Assembly: GCA_963745075.1 (NCBI GenBank)
Contig: CAVUWV010000017.1
Location: 123,947 to 187,946 of the forward strand
DNA length: 64,000 bases
Reading direction: 5' to 3'
Origin: Candidatus Hydrogenedentota bacterium
GTDB taxonomy: Bacteria; Hydrogenedentota; Hydrogenedentia; Hydrogenedentales; SLHB01
Made by a program: the position numbers and the translations under genes. A model generated the notes under the pieces. That model was given only the letters and a program-made list of their open reading frames with translations. It did not search any database and was not told where the DNA came from. Position 1 is the stretch's first letter, and each line of letters starts with the position of its first letter. Below are positions 41,349-51,377 of this stretch, in pieces.

Positions 41349-42764
41349 ATGGCGAACGAAAACAACAGCATGGATCGGCGGGATTTCCTGCGACGGACCA
41401 GTCAGGGTACGGCACTTGCCGGACTGGGAGTCGTCGCCGCGCAAGCCGCACGCGCTCGGCGTGCAGTGCAACGGGCGGATCCGCACGCCCCGAAGACAGG
41501 CCATCTATTGAAAGACGGCGAAACCATTGGCCTCGGCATCATCGGCGTCGGCGGAATGGGCGGCGGCCATCTCGGCGATCTCATCGCGCGCGAAAGTAAT
41601 GGGGAAAACCTCCAGGTCCGCGCCGTATCCGATTGCTACACCCGTCGCAACAGCAGTGCAAAACAACGTGTCAAAGACGGAACCGGCCGGGAAATCGATT
41701 CCTATTTCGACTACCGGAAACTCTTGGAGCGTGACGATATCCACGGGGTGGTCATCGCAACGCCCGACCACTGGCACGCGCGGGTCACTATGGACACCAT
41801 AGAAGCCGGCAAGGATGTGTATTGCCAAAAACCGGTGACCCTTACCATCGAAGAATCCCTCGACGTGCGCGACAAAGTCTATGAAACCGGCCGCGTCTTT
41901 CAATGCGGCGCCCAGCGATGCTCGGACGACTTTTGGTGGCAGGCAAAGAAGTTTATCCAGGAAGGCGGAATCGGTAAAGTCCTTTGGGCGCAAGGCGATT
42001 ACAGCCGCAACTCCGCCGGCGGCCCCAACGATCGCGGCGGCGAGTGGAATTACCACATCGATGCCGACACCACCGACGACCCTGCCGCGGGCGACGCCTA
42101 CATCGACTGGCAACAATGGCTGGGGCCCGCTCCAAAACGCCCCTTTTCCCGGGCGCGTTTCTTCCAGTTCCGGAAATACTGGGACTATTCCGGCGGCATC
42201 GCGACGGACCTTATGTACCACTTCATCGCGCCGTTAACGATTGCCTTGGGCGTCAGCGCCCCCGAGCGGGCCAGCGCCGCGGGCGGAATCTTCGTGCAAC
42301 ACGACGACCGGGAAGTGCCGGACACCTTCATGGTCACGCTGGATTATCCCGAAGATATTACCGTCGTACTGACGTCTTCCATGGCGAACCGCCAAAGCAA
42401 CCCCGTTCTGATTCGAGGGCATCGCGCCACGATTCGCCCCCATGACGACGGCATGCAGGTCACGGCGGAAGACGAATTCAAGGAATGGTTTAAGCAGCGA
42501 TACGGCGATACCGAGATCATCGTGCCCCTCGAACCGCGCGAGGAACACGTGACAAACTGGTTAAACGCGATGCGCACTCGAGGCGCCGTTCACTGCGATC
42601 CCCAAACTGCGTACCGCGCCATGGCCGCCGTCAGGATGGGCTGCGATTCATGGCGGCAAGACAAAATGATATTCTGGGACAATGCCCGCGAGCGATACGT
42701 TCGGAATCATCCGCGTCCGAAACGGACCTCGCGATGGCCTCAGGAACCCGAGCCGACGGCATGA
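41349..42764 (+). CDS. Tat-exported Gfo/Idh/MocA oxidoreductase
   Basis: DRRDFL twin-arginine motif; IGVGGMG, ATPDHWH, DVYCQKP, WLGPAP, WDYSGG. Confidence 0.9.
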   Translation: MANENNSMDRRDFLRRTSQGTALAGLGVVAAQAARARRAVQRADPHAPKTGHLLKDGETIGLGIIGVGGMGGGHLGDLIARESNGENLQVRAVSDCYTRRNSSAKQRVKDGTGREIDSYFDYRKLLERDDIHGVVIATPDHWHARVTMDTIEAGKDVYCQKPVTLTIEESLDVRDKVYETGRVFQCGAQRCSDDFWWQAKKFIQEGGIGKVLWAQGDYSRNSAGGPNDRGGEWNYHIDADTTDDPAAGDAYIDWQQWLGPAPKRPFSRARFFQFRKYWDYSGGIATDLMYHFIAPLTIALGVSAPERASAAGGIFVQHDDREVPDTFMVTLDYPEDITVVLTSSMANRQSNPVLIRGHRATIRPHDDGMQVTAEDEFKEWFKQRYGDTEIIVPLEPREEHVTNWLNAMRTRGAVHCDPQTAYRAMAAVRMGCDSWRQDKMIFWDNARERYVRNHPRPKRTSRWPQEPEPTA

Positions 42765-42828
42765 CGGGAGCCCGACTCGGGAAAAATAAAACCAGGTCCG
42801 TGAAAGGAACGGACGAGAGGAGAGACTG

Positions 42829-43845
42829 ATGAGATTGCGACTGTGCACGATCGTGGGACTTGCCGTATTTGCGACGGCGTGCGGCGGACCTACACCCGAA
42901 CCGGCCGCGACCACGCCCCCAACCGATACCGCCACGACCGCTGAACCGGAAAAGGCTCCCGAGTCGGCTGAACCAATCCGTGTCGCGTTCGTCACCAACA
43001 ATACTTCCGACTTCTGGACCATTGCCGAGGCGGGTACCAAGAAAGCCGCTTCGGAGTTGGGCTGCGAAGTCATGTTTCGCAAACCCTCCATGGGAACCGC
43101 CCAGGAACAGCAGCAGATCATCGAAGATCTCATCGTGAGCGGCGTATCCGGAATCGCCATCAGTCCCAACGACCCGGAGAACTGGACGGAAACCCTCAAC
43201 TCCTTCGCAGATCAGGTCAACCTCATCACCCAGGACTCCGACGCGCCCGACAGCAATCGCGCGTGCTACATCGGCACCAACAACTACGACGCCGGCGTGG
43301 CTGCCGGTGAATTGATCAAGAAGACGTTGCCCGATGGCGGTGAAATCATGATGTTCGTCGGACGACTCGACGCCCAGAACGCCCAGGACCGCAAACGCGG
43401 CATCGAGGATACCCTCAAGGGAACGGGGATCAACGTGATTGGGACCTTAACCGACGAAACCGACCGTGCCAAAGCCATGGCCAACGTGCAAGACACTCTC
43501 GTTACCCATCCCGAAGTGGATTGCATGGTCGGGTTGTGGAGTTACAACGGTCCCGCTATCCTCAACGGAGTCCGCGACTCCGGAAAACTGGGACAAGTGA
43601 AGATCGTCTGCTTCGACGAAGAAGAAGAAACGCTGCTCGGCGTCAGCAACGGAAACATCGTCGGCACCATCGTCCAGCAACCCTTCGAATTCGGATACCA
43701 GTCCGTGAAGCTGTTGGCCCAACTCGCGAAAGGCGATCGCTCCGGGATTCCCGCCGACAAGCAGTTATTCATCCCGGTCAAGACGATCACCAAAGACAAT
43801 GTGGAGGAGTTCCGGGCCACGTTGAGCGAGCAGATTGGTCGATAG
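42829..43845 (+). CDS. Sugar ABC transporter substrate-binding lipoprotein (RbsB-like)
   Basis: Lipobox ATAC; DFWTIAEAG, YIGTNNYDAG, IVQQPFEFGY. Confidence 0.9.
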   Translation: MRLRLCTIVGLAVFATACGGPTPEPAATTPPTDTATTAEPEKAPESAEPIRVAFVTNNTSDFWTIAEAGTKKAASELGCEVMFRKPSMGTAQEQQQIIEDLIVSGVSGIAISPNDPENWTETLNSFADQVNLITQDSDAPDSNRACYIGTNNYDAGVAAGELIKKTLPDGGEIMMFVGRLDAQNAQDRKRGIEDTLKGTGINVIGTLTDETDRAKAMANVQDTLVTHPEVDCMVGLWSYNGPAILNGVRDSGKLGQVKIVCFDEEEETLLGVSNGNIVGTIVQQPFEFGYQSVKLLAQLAKGDRSGIPADKQLFIPVKTITKDNVEEFRATLSEQIGR

Positions 43846-44822
43846 TGAGAAAGGCACTCGGTCTACTGGGTATCTTGGCGGCGCTGGTTGTGCTCACTTC
43901 CGTGTGGGAGTGGCAGACGGGGGATGGCCGTATCAGTTTCCTGACCACAGCGAACCTGCGCAATATCTTGACGTGGGTGGGGTTGTTCGGGATCCTGAGC
44001 CTGGGCCAGGCCCTCGTCATCGTGACCGGCGGCATCGACTTGTCGGTGGGCAGCGTGGCCGGATTAATCGGGATCAGCGCCGCGCTCATGATGGACCGCG
44101 GAGACGGCATGCATCCCTCTGTCGCCATACTGTTGTGCCTGTTGCTCGGCGTCGTGATCGGCCTGTGGCACGGCGTTCTCATCGCGAAGGTCCGCCTGCA
44201 ACCCTTTGTCGTCACCCTGTGCGGATTGTTCTTCTTCCGGGGCATTGCGCGCCTGCTTACGAATGATCAGAGCCAGGGGTTTGGAACTTCCTACCCCGGA
44301 CTCCGGTGGTTCGGAAATGGGTTCGTCGCCGAAATCATTCCGGCCCCTTTCATCGTGTTGGCCATCCTTTCGATCATTGTGGGGGCTTACCTTCATTTTT
44401 CACCCCAGGGCCGCCATCTGTTCGCTATGGGCGCCAACGAGGAAGGCGCCCGGTTCAGTGGAATTCGCACCGACCGGCTCATGATCGGCGCCTACGTCAT
44501 CTGTAGCTTGCTGACCGCCGTCGGCGGCATCCTGCTCGCCTTCAAGATAAACTCCCTGGGCCCCAGCGATTTCGGCAGTTTCTATGAGCTGTATGCCATC
44601 GCCGGCGCGGTGCTCGGCGGATGCAGCTTACGCGGCGGCTCCGGTAACGTGCTGGGCGTGCTCATCGGCGCCTCGCTCATCGTCATTCTCAAGAATCTCG
44701 TAAACATTCTGGAGATTCCAAGCCAGTTGGAGTACGTTGTCATTGGCGGCGCCATTCTGTTTGGGGTCGGTGTGGACGAATTGTTCTCCCGGCGCAACGC
44801 CGCCCGCGTCGGCGCAGACTGA
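43845..44822 (+). CDS. Sugar ABC transporter permease (RbsC-like)
   Basis: GGIDLSVGS, PFVVTL, GANEEGARFSG, YELYAIAGAVLGG. Confidence 0.92.
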   Translation: MRKALGLLGILAALVVLTSVWEWQTGDGRISFLTTANLRNILTWVGLFGILSLGQALVIVTGGIDLSVGSVAGLIGISAALMMDRGDGMHPSVAILLCLLLGVVIGLWHGVLIAKVRLQPFVVTLCGLFFFRGIARLLTNDQSQGFGTSYPGLRWFGNGFVAEIIPAPFIVLAILSIIVGAYLHFSPQGRHLFAMGANEEGARFSGIRTDRLMIGAYVICSLLTAVGGILLAFKINSLGPSDFGSFYELYAIAGAVLGGCSLRGGSGNVLGVLIGASLIVILKNLVNILEIPSQLEYVVIGGAILFGVGVDELFSRRNAARVGAD

Positions 44823-44827
44823 TTCCG

Positions 44828-47095
44828 GTGTCGGATATGAACATGCTCTACGAATACGCAGGGTACCTCAAAAACATCCTCTACGCTCCCGACGCAAGCG
44901 AACGGGACCGCCTTGAGTACATCGAATTTAGCGCAGAGGACATCGCCCACTGGTCCACGCGCGATCTCGAGGCGGACCGCGAATGGAAGAAAACCCCCGT
45001 TCATCGCGCCCGCACGGATGACGGCGTACGGCTCGTAGGCCGCTTTGAAGACGTTCGCCGAATGGACACCCTGGCGATCGACGATCCCAGCTTCTGGGTG
45101 CCGCTGGGCACGGTCGGCTGGAGCGACTCGCGCTTTCCCGTCGACGTGACGCGCTATCCCATCATCGAAGTCACATACCGCTGCACGAGCGACAACGCAT
45201 TACCGGTCTGCGTCTGGACCTATACCGGCGGCGTACATATCGATCGCCTGGCCCAAACCCGCCAATGGACCACCTCCGCCCGGTTGATCCCTCACAACGG
45301 GGTCCCCGCCCAGATCGACGCGCTGATCTTTCGCCTGTATTCAACCACCCGCACCACCGAATCGGTCGAAATCGCGTCCGTTCGCTTCCGGGCCACGAGT
45401 GCGACCGAACGGGAAGCGTTGGAGAAATACCAGGCGCGGTTGGAGAAACAGGGCCCCCAAAGGCGCTACGACATACTCGACGCCTTCCTGCCCCTGGGGG
45501 TTTGCATGGATGCGGAAGCGGCCCGGCGCAACGCCGAACTCCTGGGCGTTTCCCTTGGCGAATACTGGGATCTTGCGCTCGAAGATATCGTAACCCATCA
45601 TCACAATTGTATCGCCATGGAAAATGTCGACCGGCTCACGATTCCCGAATGGGAGGAACTACTAGCCCATTGCGAAACCTTCGGCGTGAAGATTGCCGCC
45701 TCCCATCAGATCAATCTCGAAGACGAACCGCAAGAATTACGCGACTTGATCGACATGCGGATCAAACCCTACGCCGGCTCGCCAACGGTCTTGTCGTGGT
45801 GCTTGAAAGAGAAACCGTCGGAAAGCGACTTTCAGGATCTGATGAAGGTCAAGGGCTGGGTCGAAGAAGCCGATCCAACGCACCCCGTCAGCGTCGTCAC
45901 CCACTACGCCAGTGCGTTTCCCCTGTACGCGCCAAACTTTTCCGTCGCAGGGGTTACCCACTTTACCTCGCATTCGCCGTGGGACATCGGCGCCATCGTG
46001 CGCGCGAACGCTCCGCTCGCCAAGGGACAACAATTCTGGATGGTTGGACCCGCATTCATCTACGCCACGGGCGCGCCCGAATGGAGCACCTGCCCGGAAA
46101 TGCGCCTCATGGTAAATCTGGCTTTTGCCAACGGCGCCAAGGGCTGGTTCAGTAGTGCCTACCACAACGACCCCATCTGGGTCTCGGGAAGCTGCCAGCG
46201 GACACTCACCGGACCGTTCCTGATGTTCAGTGATCTCTGGCTCGAACTCGACCGGCGGATGGAGGGCCTGGCCGCCCTCGCACCCTTGTTGCTGGCGTCC
46301 CGTCCCGCCAGGTTGTCCCCGGATTGGTTCTCCGCCAGCGCCACCTCCGACGATTTGACCATTCTTCCGGAGGGGGTGTCCCCGACCTCCTCCTATCGTC
46401 TGCGGGGCCCCGACTTCAATCTTTTCCTGATTGTGAGCAACGACGTCCGCGGAATGTCGAGCCTCAACATCAGCGTTTCCCCGAATACCCTGCGGGGCAA
46501 CCACATCTACGACCTCAGCGACTTCGTTCGCAAACGCGTATGGGCTCCCATGGATCTGGAACGGCATCTGGAAATGTTCCCGGGCCAGTCCCAAATGGTG
46601 ATTGTTGCGGAACCCGATGTCTGCGCCCGCTGGCGCGATATCATCGCCGAGCGCCTGATCGACGACGACAAACGCCAACTGGCCTTCAATCTCAAACTTG
46701 CCAAGACCTACGGCCTCGACATCGCCGAAATCGAGGAGATTCTAGAGCGGGCCGGCGAGGGCCATGCCATGGAAAACCTCGCCACCATGGACCGTGCGCG
46801 CGATGCCTTGGTCAATTTGATGTACGACTCGCCTTCCATTCGCGACACCCGGAGCAGCATTATCGAGGCCTGCGCCGCCATCTGTGCCTGCGACGGGGTC
46901 CTCTGCCGGCTCATTGGCCGTGGAAAGGTCGATCTGGCTAAAGAATGGGGGCAAAAGGTCTTGCCGCTTGCTCGGGAAGTCACCCACCTTCGCCTGGAAC
47001 TGCGCCGGGGCAAGGGTGCCAACATCCTCGACTACTGCCGCGACGTCGCGCATCGCACCCTGAACCTTCTCACCGACCTTCGCGCCCTCAACTGA
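44828..47095 (+). CDS. Hypothetical 755-aa cytoplasmic protein, possibly glycoside-hydrolase-like
   Basis: Long ORF; FLPLGV, DPTHPV, A.ANGAKG motifs suggest a TIM-barrel GH; no signal peptide. Confidence 0.55.
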   Translation: MSDMNMLYEYAGYLKNILYAPDASERDRLEYIEFSAEDIAHWSTRDLEADREWKKTPVHRARTDDGVRLVGRFEDVRRMDTLAIDDPSFWVPLGTVGWSDSRFPVDVTRYPIIEVTYRCTSDNALPVCVWTYTGGVHIDRLAQTRQWTTSARLIPHNGVPAQIDALIFRLYSTTRTTESVEIASVRFRATSATEREALEKYQARLEKQGPQRRYDILDAFLPLGVCMDAEAARRNAELLGVSLGEYWDLALEDIVTHHHNCIAMENVDRLTIPEWEELLAHCETFGVKIAASHQINLEDEPQELRDLIDMRIKPYAGSPTVLSWCLKEKPSESDFQDLMKVKGWVEEADPTHPVSVVTHYASAFPLYAPNFSVAGVTHFTSHSPWDIGAIVRANAPLAKGQQFWMVGPAFIYATGAPEWSTCPEMRLMVNLAFANGAKGWFSSAYHNDPIWVSGSCQRTLTGPFLMFSDLWLELDRRMEGLAALAPLLLASRPARLSPDWFSASATSDDLTILPEGVSPTSSYRLRGPDFNLFLIVSNDVRGMSSLNISVSPNTLRGNHIYDLSDFVRKRVWAPMDLERHLEMFPGQSQMVIVAEPDVCARWRDIIAERLIDDDKRQLAFNLKLAKTYGLDIAEIEEILERAGEGHAMENLATMDRARDALVNLMYDSPSIRDTRSSIIEACAAICACDGVLCRLIGRGKVDLAKEWGQKVLPLAREVTHLRLELRRGKGANILDYCRDVAHRTLNLLTDLRALN

Positions 47096-47124
47096 CCGGA
47101 ACGAAAGCACCCGCACGGAATGCC

Positions 47125-47156
47125 CCGCCGGGAATGGTGACCGCCGGGAATGGTGA
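47125..47156 (+). repeat. Exact 16-bp tandem duplication
   Basis: CCGCCGGGAATGGTGA twice, with a degenerate partial copy at 47111-47122. Confidence 0.85.
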
Positions 47157-47186
47157 TTGACTTCACATTTCGGGGGTTGCTATACT
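47157..47186 (+). promoter_or_regulatory. Sigma-70 promoter for tRNA-Gln-prs-rplY-pth
   Basis: TTGACT-N18-TATACT with a TG extended -10. Confidence 0.65.
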
Positions 47187-47319
47187 TTTGCAATTGTCTT
47201 GTGCGCGGGAAGTTAGCAATTTATCGCACACGAGTACCGCCTCGCGGACCGGGAGTCCGGGCCGTGGCGCAGGGTTCTGTGCCCGATTCGGGCGCTTCAG
47301 TCCGTGCGAAATCCAAGTT

Positions 47320-47394
47320 TGGGGCGTCGCCAAGTGGTAAGGCACCGGCCTTTGGAGCCGGCATTCGCAGGTTCGAATCCTGCCGCCCCAACCA
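47320..47394 (+). tRNA. tRNA-Gln(TTG)
   Basis: TGGGGCG/CGCCCCA acceptor, anticodon arm CCGGC-CTTTGGA-GCCGG, GTTCGAATC, encoded CCA; typical position before prs. Confidence 0.96.
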
Positions 47395-47421
47395 CTTTTT
47401 TGACTTAGGGATAGGGTATCG

Positions 47422-48369
47422 GTGGCTTACAGCAAGAGCATCAAGATACTTTCCGGGAGCTGTTCGGAAGTACTGACCGACGGGATTTGCTCCCAGTTGG
47501 AGCTGACCCGCGCCAAAGCGACCGTCAGCAAATTTAGTGACGGCGAGATCAAGATACAGATCGGCGAGAACATCCGCGGCAGCGATGTCTTTATCGTGAA
47601 CAGCACGAGTCCGCCCGTAAACGATCACTTGATGGAACTGCTGATCCTGATCGATGCTGCGTGCCGTGCGTCGGCGGACCGGGTCACCGCCGTCCTGCCC
47701 TATTTTGGATATGCCCGGCAGGACCGAAAAGACCGCCCGCGGGTGCCGATTACGGCGAAGCTGGTGTCGAACTTGCTCGTCGCGGCGGGCGCCGATCGGG
47801 TCCTGACGGTCGATCTGCACTGCGGTCAGATTCAAGGGTTTTTCGATATTCCCGTGGATCATCTGAGCGCCGACGTAGTTTTCGTGAACTACTTCATGGA
47901 ACAGGGCGTCGAGAATATCGTCGTCGTGTCGCCCGATACCGGAAGCGTGGCGCGAATCCGCGAGTTTGCACGGCGTCTCGACGCACCCCTAGCCATCGTG
48001 GACAAGCGGCGGCCCAAGGAGAACGAAACGGAAGTGATGAACGTCATCGGAGACGTGGCCGGTAAGCACGCGCTTATCTTCGACGACATGATTGATACCG
48101 GCGGTACGCTCGTCAAAGCGGCCAAGGCCATTAAAGTCCGCGGCGCACTGGACGTGATTGCCTGTTCCACCCATGCGGTGTTCAGTGGCGAAGCGGTCTC
48201 CCGGATTCGCGATTCGGTCCTTGACGAAGTGCTCGTTAGCGATTCGATACCGTTGAAGCCGGAAGCCCAGGCTTGTGACAAGATAAAAGTTCTATCGATT
48301 GCCTCCCTCGTAGGAGAGGCCATACGGCGGATTCATCAGGAAGAATCACTGAGTATCTTGTTTCGATAG
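47422..48369 (+). CDS. prs: Ribose-phosphate pyrophosphokinase
   Basis: FSDGEI, PYFGYARQDRK, DLHCGQIQGFF, DDMIDTGGT. Confidence 0.97.
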   Translation: MAYSKSIKILSGSCSEVLTDGICSQLELTRAKATVSKFSDGEIKIQIGENIRGSDVFIVNSTSPPVNDHLMELLILIDAACRASADRVTAVLPYFGYARQDRKDRPRVPITAKLVSNLLVAAGADRVLTVDLHCGQIQGFFDIPVDHLSADVVFVNYFMEQGVENIVVVSPDTGSVARIREFARRLDAPLAIVDKRRPKENETEVMNVIGDVAGKHALIFDDMIDTGGTLVKAAKAIKVRGALDVIACSTHAVFSGEAVSRIRDSVLDEVLVSDSIPLKPEAQACDKIKVLSIASLVGEAIRRIHQEESLSILFR

Positions 48370-48462
48370 ATAGCACTGGCCCGAACCCGGCCCTGTGTTT
48401 CGGGAACGGTCCCACGGAAATCGACGGGCGCGAGCCCACTTGGTTCAGGAGGCAGAGTCATC

Positions 48463-49122
48463 ATGGAATTGCAGACATTAAAGGCGTCCACGCGCGTCGC
48501 AAAAGGCAAAGGTGACGCGGGTCGCGAACGCAGAACCGGCAACGTGCCTGGCGTTCTGTACGGCGGTGGGGGAGAATCGATTTCCCTCAAGCTCGATGCG
48601 CGCGAGTTCGAACGCCTTATCCACTCCGGCGGCGAGCACGCGATCGTACAGCTCAGCGTCGAAGATCAGCCCGAACTGAGCAGCCCCGCCATGCTGCGCG
48701 CCGTCCAGCATCACCCGATCCGCGGCGAAGTGTTGCATGCCGACTTCCAGCGCATTCGTCTGGATGAGCGCATCACGACCCTCGTGCCGCTCGAACTCGT
48801 CGGCCACTGCAAAGGCACCATCGAAGGCGGCGTACTCGACTTCCAGCTTCGCGAAATCGAAGTGGAATGCCTCGCCCTCGAAGTTCCGGAAAAGATCGAA
48901 ATCGACACCACCGAACTAGGCATTGGCGACAGCATTCACGTTGAACAGATTCCGGCGCCGCCCAACGTTACCATCGTGACCGAACTCACGCGGAGCGTCG
49001 TGGCCGTCCATGCGCCGCGTGTGATCAAGACCGCTGAAGAAGAAGCCGCGGAAGCCGCTGCGGAAGCGGAGGCTGCCGAAGACGCAGCCGCGGCTGAGTC
49101 CGAAGCAGGCGGCGCAGAGTAA
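48463..49122 (+). CDS. rplY: 50S ribosomal protein L25/general stress protein Ctc
   Basis: VPGVLYG, VQHHP...LHADF, TL5-type C-terminal domain, acidic tail. Confidence 0.95.
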   Translation: MELQTLKASTRVAKGKGDAGRERRTGNVPGVLYGGGGESISLKLDAREFERLIHSGGEHAIVQLSVEDQPELSSPAMLRAVQHHPIRGEVLHADFQRIRLDERITTLVPLELVGHCKGTIEGGVLDFQLREIEVECLALEVPEKIEIDTTELGIGDSIHVEQIPAPPNVTIVTELTRSVVAVHAPRVIKTAEEEAAEAAAEAEAAEDAAAAESEAGGAE

Positions 49123-49152
49123 CCGCCGGTTGCCGGAGCGGGAGGTCGCCGC

Positions 49153-49731
49153 GTGAAGCTTATTGTGGGGCTTGGCAATCCCGGACCCCGGTACCGCAAC
49201 ACCCGGCACAACGTGGGGTTTCAGGTCTTGGACCTGCTCGCCGTGCGAATGGGCGCGGCGTTCGATCGGGAAAAGTTTCACGGTTTATTGGCGGTCTCCG
49301 GGCAGGGCGCGAAATGTGTCATGTTGTTGAAACCGCTGACCTATATGAACCGAAGCGGTATCGCCGTGGCCGAAGCGGCCCGGAACAAGGTCACGGATAT
49401 GGACGATCTGCTCGTTGTCGTGGACAACGTCAACCTGCCCTTCGGACGGCTCCGCATGCGCGAACGGGGCAGCGCCGGCGGGCACAACGGGCTCAAATCC
49501 ATCATCGAGCATGTGGGTACGCAGGATTTCCCCAGACTGCGCATAGGCGTCGGAGTCAATAAGGCGGGCGAATCCCTGACCGACCACGTGCTTGGAGGCT
49601 TTCGGCCGGAAGAACGGGCCGAACTCGAGGGGCTGATCGAACGGGCCGCCGACGGCGTGATCGCGTTCCTGGAGGATGGTGTAGTCGCTGCCATGAACGC
49701 CGTCAACAAAATGCCCGATCCGGACGCATAG
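49153..49731 (+). CDS. pth: Peptidyl-tRNA hydrolase
   Basis: LIVGLGNPG..Y..TRHNVGF, KPLTYMN, GGHNGLKS, RLRIGV. Confidence 0.96.
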   Translation: MKLIVGLGNPGPRYRNTRHNVGFQVLDLLAVRMGAAFDREKFHGLLAVSGQGAKCVMLLKPLTYMNRSGIAVAEAARNKVTDMDDLLVVVDNVNLPFGRLRMRERGSAGGHNGLKSIIEHVGTQDFPRLRIGVGVNKAGESLTDHVLGGFRPEERAELEGLIERAADGVIAFLEDGVVAAMNAVNKMPDPDA

Positions 49732-49775
49732 CTCGCAACGATGCGGCTGCCGCAAGGGGCTAGGTTGGAGAAACA

Positions 49776-50279
49776 ATGAAACATACGATCAGCGTTCTCG
49801 TCGAAAATCATTTCGGTGTCTTGGCCCGGGTTTCCGGTATGTTCAGCGCCCGAGGCTACAACATCGACAGCCTGTGCGTGGGCGAAACGGAAGACCCGTC
49901 CGCCTCGCGCATGACCGTCGTCGTCCGTGGCGACGACAGCGTGCTCGAACAAATCGTGAAACAGTTGAAGAAGCTCGTCGAGGTCATCCAAGTAATCGAC
50001 TTGACCCGCGAAAGTTACGTCGAACGCGAACTCGTTATGATCAAGATCGCGGCCGACGGATCCCGGCGCAGCGAAATCACGGATATCGTGAGCGTTTTTC
50101 GCGCGAAAGTCGTCGACATCAGCACCGGCGCCATGACGGTCGAAGTCACCGGCAGTGAGGGTAAGGTGACGGCGTTCATCGACATGATGCGGCCGTTTGG
50201 AATCCGGGAACTCGTCCGAACCGGACGGATCGCCATCGCACGCTCGAACAACGGCAGCGCCAACGCCGAGGAAAACTGA
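49776..50279 (+). CDS. ilvN: Acetolactate synthase small (regulatory) subunit
   Basis: [33 protein letters not shown]. Confidence 0.95.
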   Translation: MKHTISVLVENHFGVLARVSGMFSARGYNIDSLCVGETEDPSASRMTVVVRGDDSVLEQIVKQLKKLVEVIQVIDLTRESYVERELVMIKIAADGSRRSEITDIVSVFRAKVVDISTGAMTVEVTGSEGKVTAFIDMMRPFGIRELVRTGRIAIARSNNGSANAEEN

Positions 50280-50280
50280 A

Positions 50281-51276
50281 GTGGCGAAGATTTATTATCA
50301 AAATGATGGCGACCTTTCGGCCTTGAACGGCCGGACCGTTGCCGTCATCGGATTTGGAAGCCAAGGGCATGCCCACGCCATGAACCTGCAAGACAGCGGC
50401 GTCCAGGTTGTTATCGGCCATCGCGGCGGCGCCGGCAGCAAGACCTGCCAAGCCGCGAAAGAAGCCGGGTTCGAAGTGCTCCCCGTCTCCGACGCAGTCA
50501 AGCGCGCCGACATCGTCATGGTGCTCGTGCCGGATACCATCCAGAAAGAACTCTTCGAAAGCGATATCAAGCCGAACCTGGAAGCCGGCAATTCGTTGAT
50601 GTTCGCCCACGGATTCAACATCCATTTCAAGTGCGTCGTGCCGCCGAAAGACGTGGACGTTTTCATGATCGCCCCGAAAGGCCCCGGACATCTGGTTCGG
50701 GAAGAATTCGAGCGGGGCGCCGGCGTCCCCTGCCTGGTTGCGATCTTCCAGGATGCCACGGGCGAAGCCCTGAAAAAGGCATTGGCCTACGGCATCGGTG
50801 TCGGCGGCGCGCGCGCCGGAATCATCGAAACCACCTTCCAGGAAGAGACCGAGACCGACCTTTTCGGCGAGCAGACCGTGCTGTGCGGAGGGTCGGCGGC
50901 CCTGATCAAAGCCGGGTTTGAAGTGCTCTTGGAAGCCGGCTACCAGCCGGAGATCGCCTATTTCGAAGTCATGCATGAGTTGAAGCTCATCGTCGATTTG
51001 TATTATCGTGGCGGTTTGAAGTTCATGAATCATTCGGTCAGCGACACCGCCGAATACGGCGGAATGTCCGTGGGCAGCAAGATTGTTACTGAGGATACGA
51101 AAAACGCCATGCGGGCGGCGCTCAAACGGATTCAAAACGGCGAATTCGCCAAAGAATGGCTGGACGAATACCAGTCGGGCGGCGCAAACTTCAACAAGTT
51201 GCGCAAAGCCGAGGCGGAGCATCCCATCGAAAAAGTCGGGGCCGGGCCTCGAAAGATGATGCACTGGATTACGTAA
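50281..51276 (+). CDS. ilvC: Ketol-acid reductoisomerase
   Basis: GTG start; [36 protein letters not shown]. Confidence 0.96.
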   Translation: MAKIYYQNDGDLSALNGRTVAVIGFGSQGHAHAMNLQDSGVQVVIGHRGGAGSKTCQAAKEAGFEVLPVSDAVKRADIVMVLVPDTIQKELFESDIKPNLEAGNSLMFAHGFNIHFKCVVPPKDVDVFMIAPKGPGHLVREEFERGAGVPCLVAIFQDATGEALKKALAYGIGVGGARAGIIETTFQEETETDLFGEQTVLCGGSAALIKAGFEVLLEAGYQPEIAYFEVMHELKLIVDLYYRGGLKFMNHSVSDTAEYGGMSVGSKIVTEDTKNAMRAALKRIQNGEFAKEWLDEYQSGGANFNKLRKAEAEHPIEKVGAGPRKMMHWIT

Positions 51277-51281
51277 CGCGC

Positions 51282-51310
51282 GCCACGCCTTCGGGCGTGG
51301 CCCTTTTTTT
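51282..51310 (+). terminator. Intrinsic terminator after ilvC
   Basis: GCCACGCC-TTCG-GGCGTGGC followed by CC and a T7 run. Confidence 0.85.
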
Positions 51311-51377
51311 AGTTGAATCGTCTTACTTTTCCGTCCCGTCCTGGCGGGATGGAACCGAATACACTGCGAGGAGATCA

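Noticed and set aside
36812..49800. Other proteins starting MKH (permease 36812, DUF1080 38350, IlvN 49776) as members of the leader family
   Set aside because: None has the full [VIL][ST]...P[AV]xA pattern, and all are ordinary full-length proteins.
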